Source: Candidatus Iainarchaeum sp.
GTDB taxonomy: Archaea; Iainarchaeota; Iainarchaeia; Iainarchaeales; GCA-2688035
NCBI GenBank assembly: GCA_017610175.1
Contig: JAFCCO010000007.1
Span: 1 to 56,303, forward strand
Length of the DNA: 56,303 nt
Direction: 5' to 3'
The translations under genes and the position numbers were made by a program. Shown here one piece after another: positions 7,891-17,918 of this stretch (the stretch's first letter is position 1; every line of letters begins with the position of its first letter). Under the pieces are notes generated by a model that saw nothing but the letters and a program-made list of their open reading frames with translations, was not told where the DNA came from and ran no database searches.

Positions 7891-8904
7891 ATGAGCGGAA
7901 AAAACATTCTTGTAACAGGAGGGGCAGGCTTTATCGGAAGCCACCTTGCCCAGGAACTTGAGAAAAGAGGCAATAATGTAAGGATATTAGACAATTTTGT
8001 TGGCGGAAAGCAGAACCTTAACTACTTTGATGACAAGATTGAGGTAATGGAGGGTGACTGCTGCAACAGAGATGACTGCAAAAAGGCAGTTAAGGGAATT
8101 GACCAAGTGTTCCATCTTGCGGCGCACGCAGCAGAGGGGCAGAGTGTTTTCATCCCCGAATTTAATGCCCAAACAAACATAATGGGCAGCATTGTAATGC
8201 TTACCGAAGCAATCAACGCAGGCATTGAGGAGTTTGCATTCACGAGCAGCATTGCAGCCTACGGAAAGCCGGAAAGCGTCCCGATTAAGGAAATTGCAAA
8301 GCTGAACCCTGAAGACCCGTACGCTGTTACAAAGAAAACTTTTGAGGATTACCTGCGCGTTTACTACGAGATAGGGCAAATCAAACCCTACATCGTGAGA
8401 TTCTTCAACGTTTACGGGCCAAGGCAAAGAATGGACGACCCATATAGGGGAGTTGTCCCAATTTTTATCAACAAATGCCTTAAGGGAGAAAGACCCCTAA
8501 TTTTCGACGATGGCTTGCAGAAGAGGGCATTTACCTACATCACAGATGTAGTTGAGCCAATCTGCGACCTTGTGGGCAAGGAAAAGCTTGTAAACAACCC
8601 AATCAACATTGGAACAGAGGAAGTTTACACCGTAAAAGAGCTTGCCGAAATGACAATTGAAAAAATGAAAGCAGACGTTGAGATTGAATTTATCAACAAA
8701 AGAACCTCTGACGTAAAAGTAACTTATTGCGACACCTCAAAGGCAAAGGAATTGCTCGGATACAAGGCAAAGGTTTCGCTCAGCGAGGGCATGGACAAAA
8801 CAATCGAGTGGGCAAAGGAAGTTGGGGCACAGGACTTCAAATACTTTGACTACACCGAAATTCCAAAGCTGACCCACAAAAGCTATACAAGCAAAAAAAT
8901 CTGA
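7891..8904 (+). CDS. NAD-dependent epimerase/dehydratase (UDP-glucose 4-epimerase-like SDR)
   Basis: VTGGAGFIGSH, TSS.A.YG, YAVTK, RFFNVYGP. Confidence 0.88.
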   Translation: MSGKNILVTGGAGFIGSHLAQELEKRGNNVRILDNFVGGKQNLNYFDDKIEVMEGDCCNRDDCKKAVKGIDQVFHLAAHAAEGQSVFIPEFNAQTNIMGSIVMLTEAINAGIEEFAFTSSIAAYGKPESVPIKEIAKLNPEDPYAVTKKTFEDYLRVYYEIGQIKPYIVRFFNVYGPRQRMDDPYRGVVPIFINKCLKGERPLIFDDGLQKRAFTYITDVVEPICDLVGKEKLVNNPINIGTEEVYTVKELAEMTIEKMKADVEIEFINKRTSDVKVTYCDTSKAKELLGYKAKVSLSEGMDKTIEWAKEVGAQDFKYFDYTEIPKLTHKSYTSKKI

Positions 8905-8909
8905 TTTGC

Positions 8910-9800
8910 ATGGCTTTTTCTTTTCCAAACGCAAGCATTGTTATTGCGACATTCAACAATGCAAAAGTCCTAAGGCGTACACTCAACGGAATGCTGAAGC
9001 TTGACTATCCTGCACGCTACGAAATCATCGTAATTGATGACGGAAGCAGGGACGGCACAGTTGAAATGATGCAAACAGAGTTTGCAAAGGAAAAGAAAAT
9101 TACATTCAAAGCCCTGGGAAAAAACTCAGGAGTTTGCCGCGCACGCAACACAGGAATTGCACTTGCAAAATACCCAATTGTTGTCAACATGGACCACGAC
9201 TGCATTCCTGAAAAGAACTGGCTCAGAAACTTAATGAAGGGGTTTGAGAACGAGGAAGTCGGGGTTGTAAGCAGTTTTGGGGGGTATGGAGGGACATCCA
9301 CTGCATTCAGGAAAGAGGTGCTTGACAAGATCGGAGGATATGACGAGAAATACTTCTACTACAGGGAAGACACTGATTTGACCTTTGGAATAATGGATTT
9401 GGGCTACAAGTACAAAAAGGTTAAGGCAGATTACCTGCACGACCACAAGGAAGTTGCCCCAAAGGGAATCCTGCAGAGCATTAAGTATGTGATTAAGAGG
9501 TTACTATATCATGAAAACGACGTGCTGCTGTTCAAAAAGCACCCAAAGCTTGCGGGAGAATTCCTGCAGGTGAAATTCGGCTTCATGATAAACCCTGTTT
9601 CAGACTTCAAGGTTGTCGCAAACCTCTGGGATGGAAGCAGCAAAGAGCTAAAACTCGGCTCGCCACGCGGAATTACATTTATTGAGAACAAAACCCCCCT
9701 TCATACAGCCTTAATAATTTTTGCTGGCTTAGTTTATGTTGTTGCAGTAAAACTATTCAGGCTGTGGGGCAGCATAAAGTTTAGAAAGTTGTTGATATGA
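8910..9800 (+). CDS. Glycosyltransferase family 2
   Basis: SIVIATFN, IDDGSRD, ARNTG, DHD, REDTDL. Confidence 0.88.
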   Translation: MAFSFPNASIVIATFNNAKVLRRTLNGMLKLDYPARYEIIVIDDGSRDGTVEMMQTEFAKEKKITFKALGKNSGVCRARNTGIALAKYPIVVNMDHDCIPEKNWLRNLMKGFENEEVGVVSSFGGYGGTSTAFRKEVLDKIGGYDEKYFYYREDTDLTFGIMDLGYKYKKVKADYLHDHKEVAPKGILQSIKYVIKRLLYHENDVLLFKKHPKLAGEFLQVKFGFMINPVSDFKVVANLWDGSSKELKLGSPRGITFIENKTPLHTALIIFAGLVYVVAVKLFRLWGSIKFRKLLI

Positions 9801-10735
9801 GCTGGAAAGGGAAAAAAGTGCTCGTAACCGGAGCAAACGGTTTTATCGGGGCGTGGCTGTGCAGCAAACTGCTTGAGAAAGAAGCAAAAGTAATTGCGAC
9901 AGTGCACGAAAACGATGGACTGCTTGGCGTGCACGGAATCCAGGACAAGATTAAGACAGTTCTATTTGATGTGGCAGACGCTGAGAGCGTGAACAAAGCC
10001 TTTGAGGAAGGGCCTGAAATCTGCTTTCACCTTGCGGCAAAAAGCTCAACAAGGGACGCATCAAAGGACTTAACCGACACATTCAAAACAAATGTAATGG
10101 GCACGCTTAACATTGCAAACGCAGCAAAAGAAAAAGAATGTGCGCTTGTGTTTGTTTCAAGCGTGAAAACCTACGGCGGGCAGACGGAAAGCTGCTTCAA
10201 CGAGGATGAGCAGTTGAAGGGAACAAGCGCTTACGCCACCAGCAAGATTGCGGCAGAGGCAATCTGCAAAATGTTTTCAAATTACCCCGAAACAAACATT
10301 GCAATCGCAAGGCTTAGCAACATCTTTGGCGGAAAGGACAACAACTATTCAAGACTTGTTCCGGGGGCAATAAAAAAAGTGAAGGAAGGAAACGCACCGC
10401 AGGTTCTTGGAACCGGGGAAAGCATGCTTGACCTGCTTTATACAGAGGATGCGGTTAATGGGCTTCTTCTTCTTGGGGAAAAAATGCTCGCCGAGGAAAT
10501 GAAGGCGGAAACATTCAATTTTGGGTCAGGAAAATGGCACTCTGTGCGGGAAATTGTTGGAAAAATCTCAGAGTTAATGGGTTCAGAGATAAAGCCTGAA
10601 TTTTCAGGAACAGAAAACCCATGCAAGGAATGCATGTGCATTGAAAAGGCCAAAAAAGAGCTCAACTGGGAGCCAAAATACACATTTGAAAGCGGCCTGG
10701 AAAAAACAATTGAATACTTTGAAAAAGTGCTTTAA
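9797..10735 (+). CDS. NAD-dependent epimerase/dehydratase (CDP-glucose 4,6-dehydratase RfbG-like)
   Basis: WKGKKVLVTGANGFIGAWL, SS.KTYG, YATSK, N.FGG.D...SRLVP. Confidence 0.8.
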   Translation: MSWKGKKVLVTGANGFIGAWLCSKLLEKEAKVIATVHENDGLLGVHGIQDKIKTVLFDVADAESVNKAFEEGPEICFHLAAKSSTRDASKDLTDTFKTNVMGTLNIANAAKEKECALVFVSSVKTYGGQTESCFNEDEQLKGTSAYATSKIAAEAICKMFSNYPETNIAIARLSNIFGGKDNNYSRLVPGAIKKVKEGNAPQVLGTGESMLDLLYTEDAVNGLLLLGEKMLAEEMKAETFNFGSGKWHSVREIVGKISELMGSEIKPEFSGTENPCKECMCIEKAKKELNWEPKYTFESGLEKTIEYFEKVL

Positions 10736-10747
10736 ACGGCTTCGACG

Positions 10748-10771
10748 AATGCACCAAACCCCATATATAAA
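10748..10771 (+). promoter_or_regulatory. rmlB promoter: degenerate box AATGCACCA plus TATATAAA
   Basis: Same 7-nt box-to-TATA spacer as at 7832 and 20974. Confidence 0.5.
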
Positions 10772-10823
10772 GGTTATTTGAATAATTCTATTAGCGATAT
10801 CTAGCTGTTTATGGTGTGTTTTA

Positions 10824-11783
10824 ATGAAGATTTTAGTGACTGGGGGCGCAGGGTTTATCGGAAGCAATTACATAAGAATGCATCTTGAAAAAAAACCCGA
10901 AGACCACCTAATCAACCTTGACAAACTGACTTACGCCGGCAAAAAAGAAAACCTTGCAGATTTAGAAAACAAAGGAAATTACGAATTTGTGCAGGGAGAC
11001 ATCTGCAATCCAAAAGATGTTGAGAAGGCAATGCAGGGATGCGAAGCCGTGATAAATTTTGCCGCAGAAAGCCACGTTGACCGCAGCATTGAGGACAGCC
11101 GGCAATTTGCCGAAACCAACTTTTTTGGCGTAAGGGTTTTGTGCGAGCAGGCAAAGAAGCAGGAAGTTAAAAAGTTCATTCAAATCTCAACCGATGAAGT
11201 TTACGGGCAGATTGCAGAGGGAAGCTTTAAGGAAACAGATGTTCTCAGGCCAAGAAACCCTTACAGTTCTGCAAAGGCTGCGGGAGAATTGCTTGCAATG
11301 TCATACTTTGAAACATTCGGACTGAACGTAACGGTTACAAGAAGCAGCAACAATTACGGCCCCTACCAGTTTCCGGAAAAAGTGATTCCGCTGTTTGTAA
11401 CAAATCTAGCCCGCGGAAAAAAGGTTCCGCTCTACGGAGAGGGACTGAACATAAGGGACTGGCTTTTTGTGGAGGACAACTGCGAGGGAATCAAGGGAGT
11501 TCTTGACGGGGGAAATGCCGGTGAAATTTACAACATAGGCGGAAACAATGAGATTGCAAACATTGAATTGACAAAAATTATTCTCAAAGAGATGGGTAAG
11601 GGAGAGGAAATGATTGAAAGGGTCCAGGACAGGCTCGGGCACGACCTTAGATACAGCCTTGACATAAGCAAAGCTGAAAATGAGCTTGGCTGGAAACCAA
11701 AGAAAAGTTTCAGCAAAGGGCTGCACGAAACAATTGAATGGTACAAAGAGAACGAAAACTGGTGGAAACCGCTGGTGGAATGA
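10824..11783 (+). CDS. rfbB: dTDP-glucose 4,6-dehydratase
   Basis: DKLTYAG, AAESHVDRSI, STDEVYG, YSSAK, SNNYGPYQFPEK, GHDLRY. Confidence 0.96.
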   Translation: MKILVTGGAGFIGSNYIRMHLEKKPEDHLINLDKLTYAGKKENLADLENKGNYEFVQGDICNPKDVEKAMQGCEAVINFAAESHVDRSIEDSRQFAETNFFGVRVLCEQAKKQEVKKFIQISTDEVYGQIAEGSFKETDVLRPRNPYSSAKAAGELLAMSYFETFGLNVTVTRSSNNYGPYQFPEKVIPLFVTNLARGKKVPLYGEGLNIRDWLFVEDNCEGIKGVLDGGNAGEIYNIGGNNEIANIELTKIILKEMGKGEEMIERVQDRLGHDLRYSLDISKAENELGWKPKKSFSKGLHETIEWYKENENWWKPLVE

Positions 11784-11796
11784 GGAGATGATGTAA

Positions 11797-12534
11797 ATGG
11801 CACTTAAGGGAGTAATTCTTGCAGGCGGAACGGGAAGCAGGCTTCTGCCGCTGACAAAGGCAACAAACAAGCACCTGCTGCCTGTTTACAACAAGCCAAT
11901 GATCTATTACCCAATTGAGATGCTGAAGTCCGCAGGATGCAAGGAAATCCTGGTTATTACTGGAATCTACCACGCAGGAGACATATTCTCACATCTTGGC
12001 TCAGGAAAGGACTTCGGGGTCAAGTTCACCTACAGGGTCCAGGATGAGGCGGGCGGAATTCCAAGCGCAATAGGTCTTGCAGAGGAATTTGTCGGACAGG
12101 ACAAATTCATCTCAATCAACGGAGACAACATTGTTTTTGAATCGCTCAAACCGTTTGCGGAAGAGTTTGAGAAAAGCGGTGCAGAAATGCAGATTCTCCT
12201 CTACAAGGGAACAGAGGAAGAAGCAAAAAAATCAGGGGTTGCCGTTGTAGAGGGAAACAGGGTAACAGAAGTTGTTGAAAAGCCTCCACAGCCGCCAAGC
12301 AACAACATAATTATTGGAGTTTACTTCCTTTCACCAAGCGCGTTTGAAGTAATAAGAAAACTAAAGCCGTCAAAGAGAGGGGAAACAGAGGTAACAGATG
12401 TACAAAGGCACTACCTTGAACAGGACTCGCTTGTTGCGCAAAGCCTTAAAGGAAAGTGGCTTGATGCAGGAGATTTTGAGGACCTGTTGCACGCAAACAT
12501 CGAAACAAAAAAGCTAGTGGAAAGTGAAAAGTGA
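11797..12534 (+). CDS. rfbA: Glucose-1-phosphate thymidylyltransferase (RmlA/SpsI short form)
   Basis: GVILAGGTGSRLLPLT..NKHLLPVYNKPMIYYP, EKP, PSKRGE.E, WLDAG. Confidence 0.9.
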   Translation: MALKGVILAGGTGSRLLPLTKATNKHLLPVYNKPMIYYPIEMLKSAGCKEILVITGIYHAGDIFSHLGSGKDFGVKFTYRVQDEAGGIPSAIGLAEEFVGQDKFISINGDNIVFESLKPFAEEFEKSGAEMQILLYKGTEEEAKKSGVAVVEGNRVTEVVEKPPQPPSNNIIIGVYFLSPSAFEVIRKLKPSKRGETEVTDVQRHYLEQDSLVAQSLKGKWLDAGDFEDLLHANIETKKLVESEK

Positions 12535-13991
12535 GCGACATGCGAATTCTTCTTCTAAATCCTCCGTTTTTCCCAAAGTACAGCAGGAGCAGCAGAAGCC
12601 CGGCTGTAACAAAGGGAGGAACACTTTACTACCCATTATGGCTGGCTTACACAACAGGGGTTCTTGAAAAAGCAGGCCACGAATGCAGTCTGGTTGATGC
12701 ACCTGCAACACTCAAAACCCAGAAGGACGTTGAGAAAATTGTAAAAGATTTCAAGCCGGAAATGGTTGTGTGTGATACAAGCACCCCCTCAATCAAGAAC
12801 GATGTGCAGGTTGTTGAAAAGCTTAAAAAAGTGCAGAACTTCTTTGCCGTACTTGTTGGAACACACGCAAGCGCGCTTCCAAAAGAAACACTGAAGCTGA
12901 GCAAAAGCATTGACGCGGTTGCTGTCCATGAATATGATTACACAATTCGGGAACTTGCAAACAAAATGCAAAAGGGAAAGCTGACGAAAGCCGGCGTGGC
13001 AAAAATTAAGGGACTTGCATTCATGCAACGCAAGAAGTTTGTTTATTCAGGCGAAAGAAAGCCAATTGAAAACCTTGACGAACTTCCGTTCGTGAGCAAA
13101 GTTTACAAAAAGCACTTGGACATAAAGGATTATTTTTACAGCGCAAACCTCTACCCTGAAGTGACAATTCTTACAGGAAGAGGTTGCCCGTTCAAATGCA
13201 AATTTTGCCACTGGGTACACGTTCTGAACCGCGGGGGCTACAGGACAAGAAGCGTTGAAAACGTGATGGAAGAGCTTGAGTTCATAAAGCAGGAGTTCCC
13301 CGAAGCAAAGGAAATTTTTATGGAGGACGACACGTTTACCGCAAACTCGGAGCGGGTAAACAGGTTTTGTGATGAAAAAATAAGGCGCGGGCTGGACATT
13401 GCATGGAGCTGCAATGCAAGGGCGGATGTTCCCCTCAAAACACTGCAAAAAATGAAGAAAGCCGGGTGCCGCCTTATGTGTGTTGGATTTGAAAGCGGAA
13501 CGCAGGATATTCTGAACAATGTAAGCAAGGGAACAACTGTTGGGCGAATGAAGCGATTTATGCAGAATGCAGAAAAGGCAGGGATTATGATTCACGGCTG
13601 TTTCATGGTTGGAAACCAGGGGGAAACTACAGACACAATAAAAAGCACAATAAGGCTTGCAAAGGAACTTAACCCGGACACCGCACAGTTCTTCCCAATA
13701 ATGGTTTACCCTGGGACACCAACATATGAATCCTTCAAGCAGCAGGGTTGGCTTGTGACAGAGGACTACAGCAAATGGGTTGATGAAAAGGGATGGCACA
13801 ACTGCATGGTTTCAAGGCCAGGGTTGAGCAACATCGAACTCGTTAAATGGTGCGACAAGGCAAGAAGGGACTTTTACCTGCGCCCAAGCTATATTGTGGG
13901 AAAGGTCGTGCAGGTTATTACACACCCAAAAGAGGCAGTAAGGATATTCAAAGCAGGCAAAGTGTTTGCAAGGTCATTGATTTTTGGATAG
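12531..13991 (+). CDS. Cobalamin-binding radical SAM protein (class B methyltransferase-like)
   Basis: N-terminal B12-type domain (LLNPP...PLWLAY), GRGCPFKCKFC, EDDTF, GFESG, YPGT, FYLRP.Y. Confidence 0.88.
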   Translation: MSDMRILLLNPPFFPKYSRSSRSPAVTKGGTLYYPLWLAYTTGVLEKAGHECSLVDAPATLKTQKDVEKIVKDFKPEMVVCDTSTPSIKNDVQVVEKLKKVQNFFAVLVGTHASALPKETLKLSKSIDAVAVHEYDYTIRELANKMQKGKLTKAGVAKIKGLAFMQRKKFVYSGERKPIENLDELPFVSKVYKKHLDIKDYFYSANLYPEVTILTGRGCPFKCKFCHWVHVLNRGGYRTRSVENVMEELEFIKQEFPEAKEIFMEDDTFTANSERVNRFCDEKIRRGLDIAWSCNARADVPLKTLQKMKKAGCRLMCVGFESGTQDILNNVSKGTTVGRMKRFMQNAEKAGIMIHGCFMVGNQGETTDTIKSTIRLAKELNPDTAQFFPIMVYPGTPTYESFKQQGWLVTEDYSKWVDEKGWHNCMVSRPGLSNIELVKWCDKARRDFYLRPSYIVGKVVQVITHPKEAVRIFKAGKVFARSLIFG

Positions 13992-14000
13992 GTAGATGGA

Positions 14001-14900
14001 ATGAAATTGTTAATTACAGGAGCAGGCGGTTACATCGGAAGCAAAGTGGTGGTCGATGCGCTGGCGCAAGGGCACTTAGTGCAGGCAGTTGACAACTTCA
14101 GCGAAAGCCAGGTTGAGAAAATCAACGGAAACAAGATTGCAAACGTCGACATTAGAAAGCTTGAGGGAATGGATGGTCTTGTGAAAAACTGTGATGCTGT
14201 TCTTCACCTTGCTGCAATTTCAGACGTTGACACAGGGGAAACAGACAGGGAACTTACGTACTCAACAAACGTTACCGGAACCGCAAACATCGCGTTCCTG
14301 TGCCACAAGTACGGCAAGCCGCTTGTGTTTGCTTCATCTATGGCAATATTCGGAACAATTGAAAAATTCCCGATTAAGGAGAACAGCCCAAAGACCCCGC
14401 TGAACTTTTACGGCCTTACAAAGCTGATGGACAACAGCATAATAAGCGATTTTGCAAAGGACGGTTTTCCGGCGTGCTCGCTCATCATAAGCAACCTTTA
14501 CGGCACACACAAGATAGGCGGAAAGAAAATCGTAAAGAACGTCGTACTCAGCAAGTTTGTTGAACTGGCAAAGGAAGGCAAGCCCCTTCCGGTCTACAAG
14601 CCAGGAACACAGAAAAGGGACTTTATCCATGTAAGCGATGTCTCAAGAGCGTTCATTCTTGCAGCGGAAAAGTTGCAGGGTGCTGAAAACGGCAACCGGG
14701 TATACAACCTTGCATCAGGCAAGTCATATTCAGTAAAGGACCTTGCCGAAATGGTTTCAAAGAAATACAACGTAGAGGTTGAGCTTGTAGAGAATCCGAG
14801 GAACGAGGCAGTTGACGAAATGTTTGACGTGGACGTTGAAAATATCAAAAACGCGCTTGGTTTTGAAACCAAGGGAAAGATTGAGGAAAACATTGAGTGA
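14001..14900 (+). CDS. NAD-dependent epimerase/dehydratase/reductase (SDR)
   Basis: ITGAGGYIGS, HLAA, ASS, YGLTK, RDFIHV.DV. Confidence 0.85.
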   Translation: MKLLITGAGGYIGSKVVVDALAQGHLVQAVDNFSESQVEKINGNKIANVDIRKLEGMDGLVKNCDAVLHLAAISDVDTGETDRELTYSTNVTGTANIAFLCHKYGKPLVFASSMAIFGTIEKFPIKENSPKTPLNFYGLTKLMDNSIISDFAKDGFPACSLIISNLYGTHKIGGKKIVKNVVLSKFVELAKEGKPLPVYKPGTQKRDFIHVSDVSRAFILAAEKLQGAENGNRVYNLASGKSYSVKDLAEMVSKKYNVEVELVENPRNEAVDEMFDVDVENIKNALGFETKGKIEENIE

Positions 14901-14921
14901 ATTTTTCAGGAGGAGAATGAA

Positions 14922-15839
14922 ATGAAGGATAGAAAAGAAGGGCCTTTGATGCTCGCAAAAAGGCTTATTAAGATATTGCTGCTTAGGGCAGAGGAAGCAA
15001 AACGCGGAGCCTATATGAAAGCAGTTGCCCTTACAAACAAGGGGCTTGTGATTAGGGAAATTCACGGAAGCAAAATGTACCTCAACCCAAAAGACGGCGG
15101 ACTCTCAACAGACCTGTTCATTGACAAAAGCCGTGAAATCATGGCAACGAACGAGTTCCAAAAAATACTGAAACCAGGAATGGTTATAGCCGATGCAGGA
15201 GCAAACATCGGATACTATGCATTAATGGAAGCAAAAGCCGTCGGAGAAAATGGGGCGGTTTATGCAATAGAGCCTGTCCCTGAAAACGTTGAACTCCTGA
15301 AAAAGAATGTCACTACAAACACCTACAAGAACATAGAGGTAATTAAGGCCGCTGCAGGAAGCAAAAAAGGCAAGGCAAAGTTCTTTGTTTCAACAAAATC
15401 AAACCTCGGAAGCATGGTTGAGTCGGCAAACGAAAAAGACATTGAAACAGAAATGGAAGTGGATGTATTGCCGCTTGACACCATCCTAAAGGGAAAAAGG
15501 AGTCCTGACTTTGTAAGAATGGATGTTGAGGGATACGAGCTTGAAATTCTCAAGGGAATGACGCAAGTTCTGAAGAAAAAGAAGCTCGGGCTGTTTATTG
15601 AGGTTCACGCTGAATTCATGGGCAAAGACAAAACAATTGAGTTCTTCAAGCTGCTTAAGGCAAACGGCTTTAAGTCCTGCAAGATATTCCACGACCTTCC
15701 AGGAAAAATGAGGGCAATAAACTGGCTTGTTTCAAATGATGTAATGCCTGAATTTGGCGAAGAAACAAAAACCATTGACGCAATCATAAGGGAACAAAGC
15801 CCGCTTGAGGGTGTATTCCACATGTTTGCACAAAAGTAG
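14922..15839 (+). CDS. FkbM family methyltransferase
   Basis: DAGANIGYY, IEP.PEN, MDVEGYE, IEVH. Confidence 0.9.
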   Translation: MKDRKEGPLMLAKRLIKILLLRAEEAKRGAYMKAVALTNKGLVIREIHGSKMYLNPKDGGLSTDLFIDKSREIMATNEFQKILKPGMVIADAGANIGYYALMEAKAVGENGAVYAIEPVPENVELLKKNVTTNTYKNIEVIKAAAGSKKGKAKFFVSTKSNLGSMVESANEKDIETEMEVDVLPLDTILKGKRSPDFVRMDVEGYELEILKGMTQVLKKKKLGLFIEVHAEFMGKDKTIEFFKLLKANGFKSCKIFHDLPGKMRAINWLVSNDVMPEFGEETKTIDAIIREQSPLEGVFHMFAQK

Positions 15840-15849
15840 GTCCGGCAAA

Positions 15850-16818
15850 ATGAAAGCTACTGTAATAATCCCCGCATACAACGCGGGAAAAACTATTGAA
15901 AAGTGTCTTGCATCCTTAAGGGAGCAGTCATTCAAGGACTTTGAAACAATAGTTGTAGACGACGGCAGCAAAGACAAAACCCCTGAAATTGCAAAATCGT
16001 TTAGGGGCGTAAATCTTTTGCAGCAGGAAAATGCAGGGCCCGCAAAAGCAAGGAACAAGGGTGCGGCAAAAGCAAGGGGCAAAATACTTGTGTTCCTGGA
16101 CAGCGACTGCGTTCCGGAAAAAAACTGGCTAAGGGAGATGCTTGCACCCTTCAGCGACAAGACCATTGCGGGAGTGCAGGGCAAGTACTTGAACAGCCAG
16201 CGCGAACTGATTGCAAGATTCACCCACCTCGAAATAGAGCAAAGGTATGAGAAGATGGCAAAGAGTGAGTTTATTGACTTTATTGGAAGCTACAGTGCGG
16301 CTTACAGGAAAAGCGTCTTCAATGAAATGAATGGCTTTGACACAGGATTCCCAATGGCAAGCGGGGAGGACACAGACCTGAGCTTCAGGATAAGTGAGGC
16401 AGGGCACAAAATGAAGTTCAACCAGAACGCAAGAGTTTACCACTTCCACCCAATTTCATTCACAAAATACCTAAAAGTAAAATTCTTCAGGGCCTTTTGG
16501 AGGACAAAGATTTACAGGAAGCACGCAGGAAAGATGCTAAAAGACAGCTACACAAGCCAGCTAATCAAGATTCAGACCCTTCTCTTCTACATAATTACTT
16601 TTGCTGCATTGCTCTCCCCCTTTGTACCGCAAGCAGCTTTCACAGCCCCAATTGCAGGAATACTTCTTGTTGCAGCAACACTGCCGTTTGCAATCTGGGC
16701 GCTCCCAAAAGACCGACTAGTCGCAATTGTTTCCCCAATAATCATCATTCTCAGAACAATAATGTTCGGTTTAGGCCTTGCATTTGGAACAATCAACCAG
16801 TTGGTGGGATTCAAATGA
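15850..16818 (+). CDS. Glycosyltransferase family 2 with C-terminal TM helices
   Basis: VIIPAYN, VDDGS.D, GPAKARN, FLDSD, GEDTDL; ATG 15850 preferred over the ORF-track start. Confidence 0.88.
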   Translation: MKATVIIPAYNAGKTIEKCLASLREQSFKDFETIVVDDGSKDKTPEIAKSFRGVNLLQQENAGPAKARNKGAAKARGKILVFLDSDCVPEKNWLREMLAPFSDKTIAGVQGKYLNSQRELIARFTHLEIEQRYEKMAKSEFIDFIGSYSAAYRKSVFNEMNGFDTGFPMASGEDTDLSFRISEAGHKMKFNQNARVYHFHPISFTKYLKVKFFRAFWRTKIYRKHAGKMLKDSYTSQLIKIQTLLFYIITFAALLSPFVPQAAFTAPIAGILLVAATLPFAIWALPKDRLVAIVSPIIIILRTIMFGLGLAFGTINQLVGFK

Positions 16819-17918
16819 ACATAGTCCACGTTTCACACCACTACAAGCCATGCAGAGGCGGAGTGGAAACGGTAATTGAGGAACTCAACAAGAACCTCAG
16901 CGCAAAGGGAGACAAATGCAACGTTCTCTGCCTGGACAAATGCCACGGCGGAAAAAAGCTTGCGGCAAAAGAAAGCTACCCCGAAGCAGATGTTGAAAGG
17001 ATTTCATTCACCGACCTAAAGTACTACAAGTTTGCCCCCTTTGGCTTGAGAAAAGTTGCCGAAGCCGACATAATACACGTGCACGGCCTTGGGTTCTTTG
17101 CAGACTGGCTTGCAATAACAAAACCGCTGCATAGAAAGCCACTTGTGTTCTCAACCCACGGGGGAATATTCCACACAAAGAACATTTCACTTCTGAAAAA
17201 AATATATTTCCAGATTGCAGGGAGATTTCTTGGACTTGCATTTGACAAAGTGATTGCGGTCAGCGAGAACGACAAAGAATTGTTTGAGAAGGTTGTAAGC
17301 AAAAACAAGATTGTTACGGTTGAAAACGGGGTTGACTGGAAAGGCTTTTCAAAAACCAAAAGGGCACAGGAGAAGAATTCCTTCCTGTATTTTGGGAGAC
17401 TCAGCAAAAACAAGGGGCTCAGCGAATTGATTGACGCATTTGCCCTGTTCTGCAAAGCAAACAAGACAGGCAAGCTTGTGATTGCAGGGTCGGATTTTGA
17501 AGAAATACTCCCTGAGTTAAGGGAAAAAGTAAAAGCGGCAGGCATTAAAGCAAGAGTTAACTTTACAGGCGAAGTGAGCGACAAACAGCTTGGACAGCTT
17601 CTCTCCAAAGCAGAGTTCTTTGTCAGCGCATCAAAATATGAGGGGTTTGGAATTACAGTAATTGAAGCGATGTCAGCAGGGCTAATTCCATTACTGAACC
17701 AAATCCCTACATTTCAAAAGTTTACACAAGGGAGAAAAGGGTTTATTGTTGATTTTTCAGAAATTGAAAAGGCAGCCGCACAAATGCAGAAAATTGCCTC
17801 GCTCAGTGCAGCTGAGAAAAAGAAGCTGTCGGATAATTCAAAAAAGTTTGCATCCCAATTTGATTGGAGCAGCAAAGCAAAGCAATATGAAAACGTTTAC
17901 AAGGAGTGCATAAAATGA
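16815..17918 (+). CDS. Glycosyltransferase family 4 (GumH/AceA alpha-mannosyltransferase-like)
   Basis: GGVE, HVHGLGFF...HRKPLVFSTHGGIFHT, FGR..NKG, YEGFGI..IEAMSAG; start at ATGA overlap 16815. Confidence 0.85.
   Translation: MNIVHVSHHYKPCRGGVETVIEELNKNLSAKGDKCNVLCLDKCHGGKKLAAKESYPEADVERISFTDLKYYKFAPFGLRKVAEADIIHVHGLGFFADWLAITKPLHRKPLVFSTHGGIFHTKNISLLKKIYFQIAGRFLGLAFDKVIAVSENDKELFEKVVSKNKIVTVENGVDWKGFSKTKRAQEKNSFLYFGRLSKNKGLSELIDAFALFCKANKTGKLVIAGSDFEEILPELREKVKAAGIKARVNFTGEVSDKQLGQLLSKAEFFVSASKYEGFGITVIEAMSAGLIPLLNQIPTFQKFTQGRKGFIVDFSEIEKAAAQMQKIASLSAAEKKKLSDNSKKFASQFDWSSKAKQYENVYKECIK

Noticed and set aside
12531-13991. Assignment as hopanoid HpnJ or anaerobic cyclase BchE
   Set aside because: Only family-level resemblance; no hopanoid or chlorophyll context, neighbours are sugar genes
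16497-16814. N-terminal extension of the GT4 ORF
   Set aside because: Overlaps the upstream GT2; the domain begins at the ATGA-coupled start 16815
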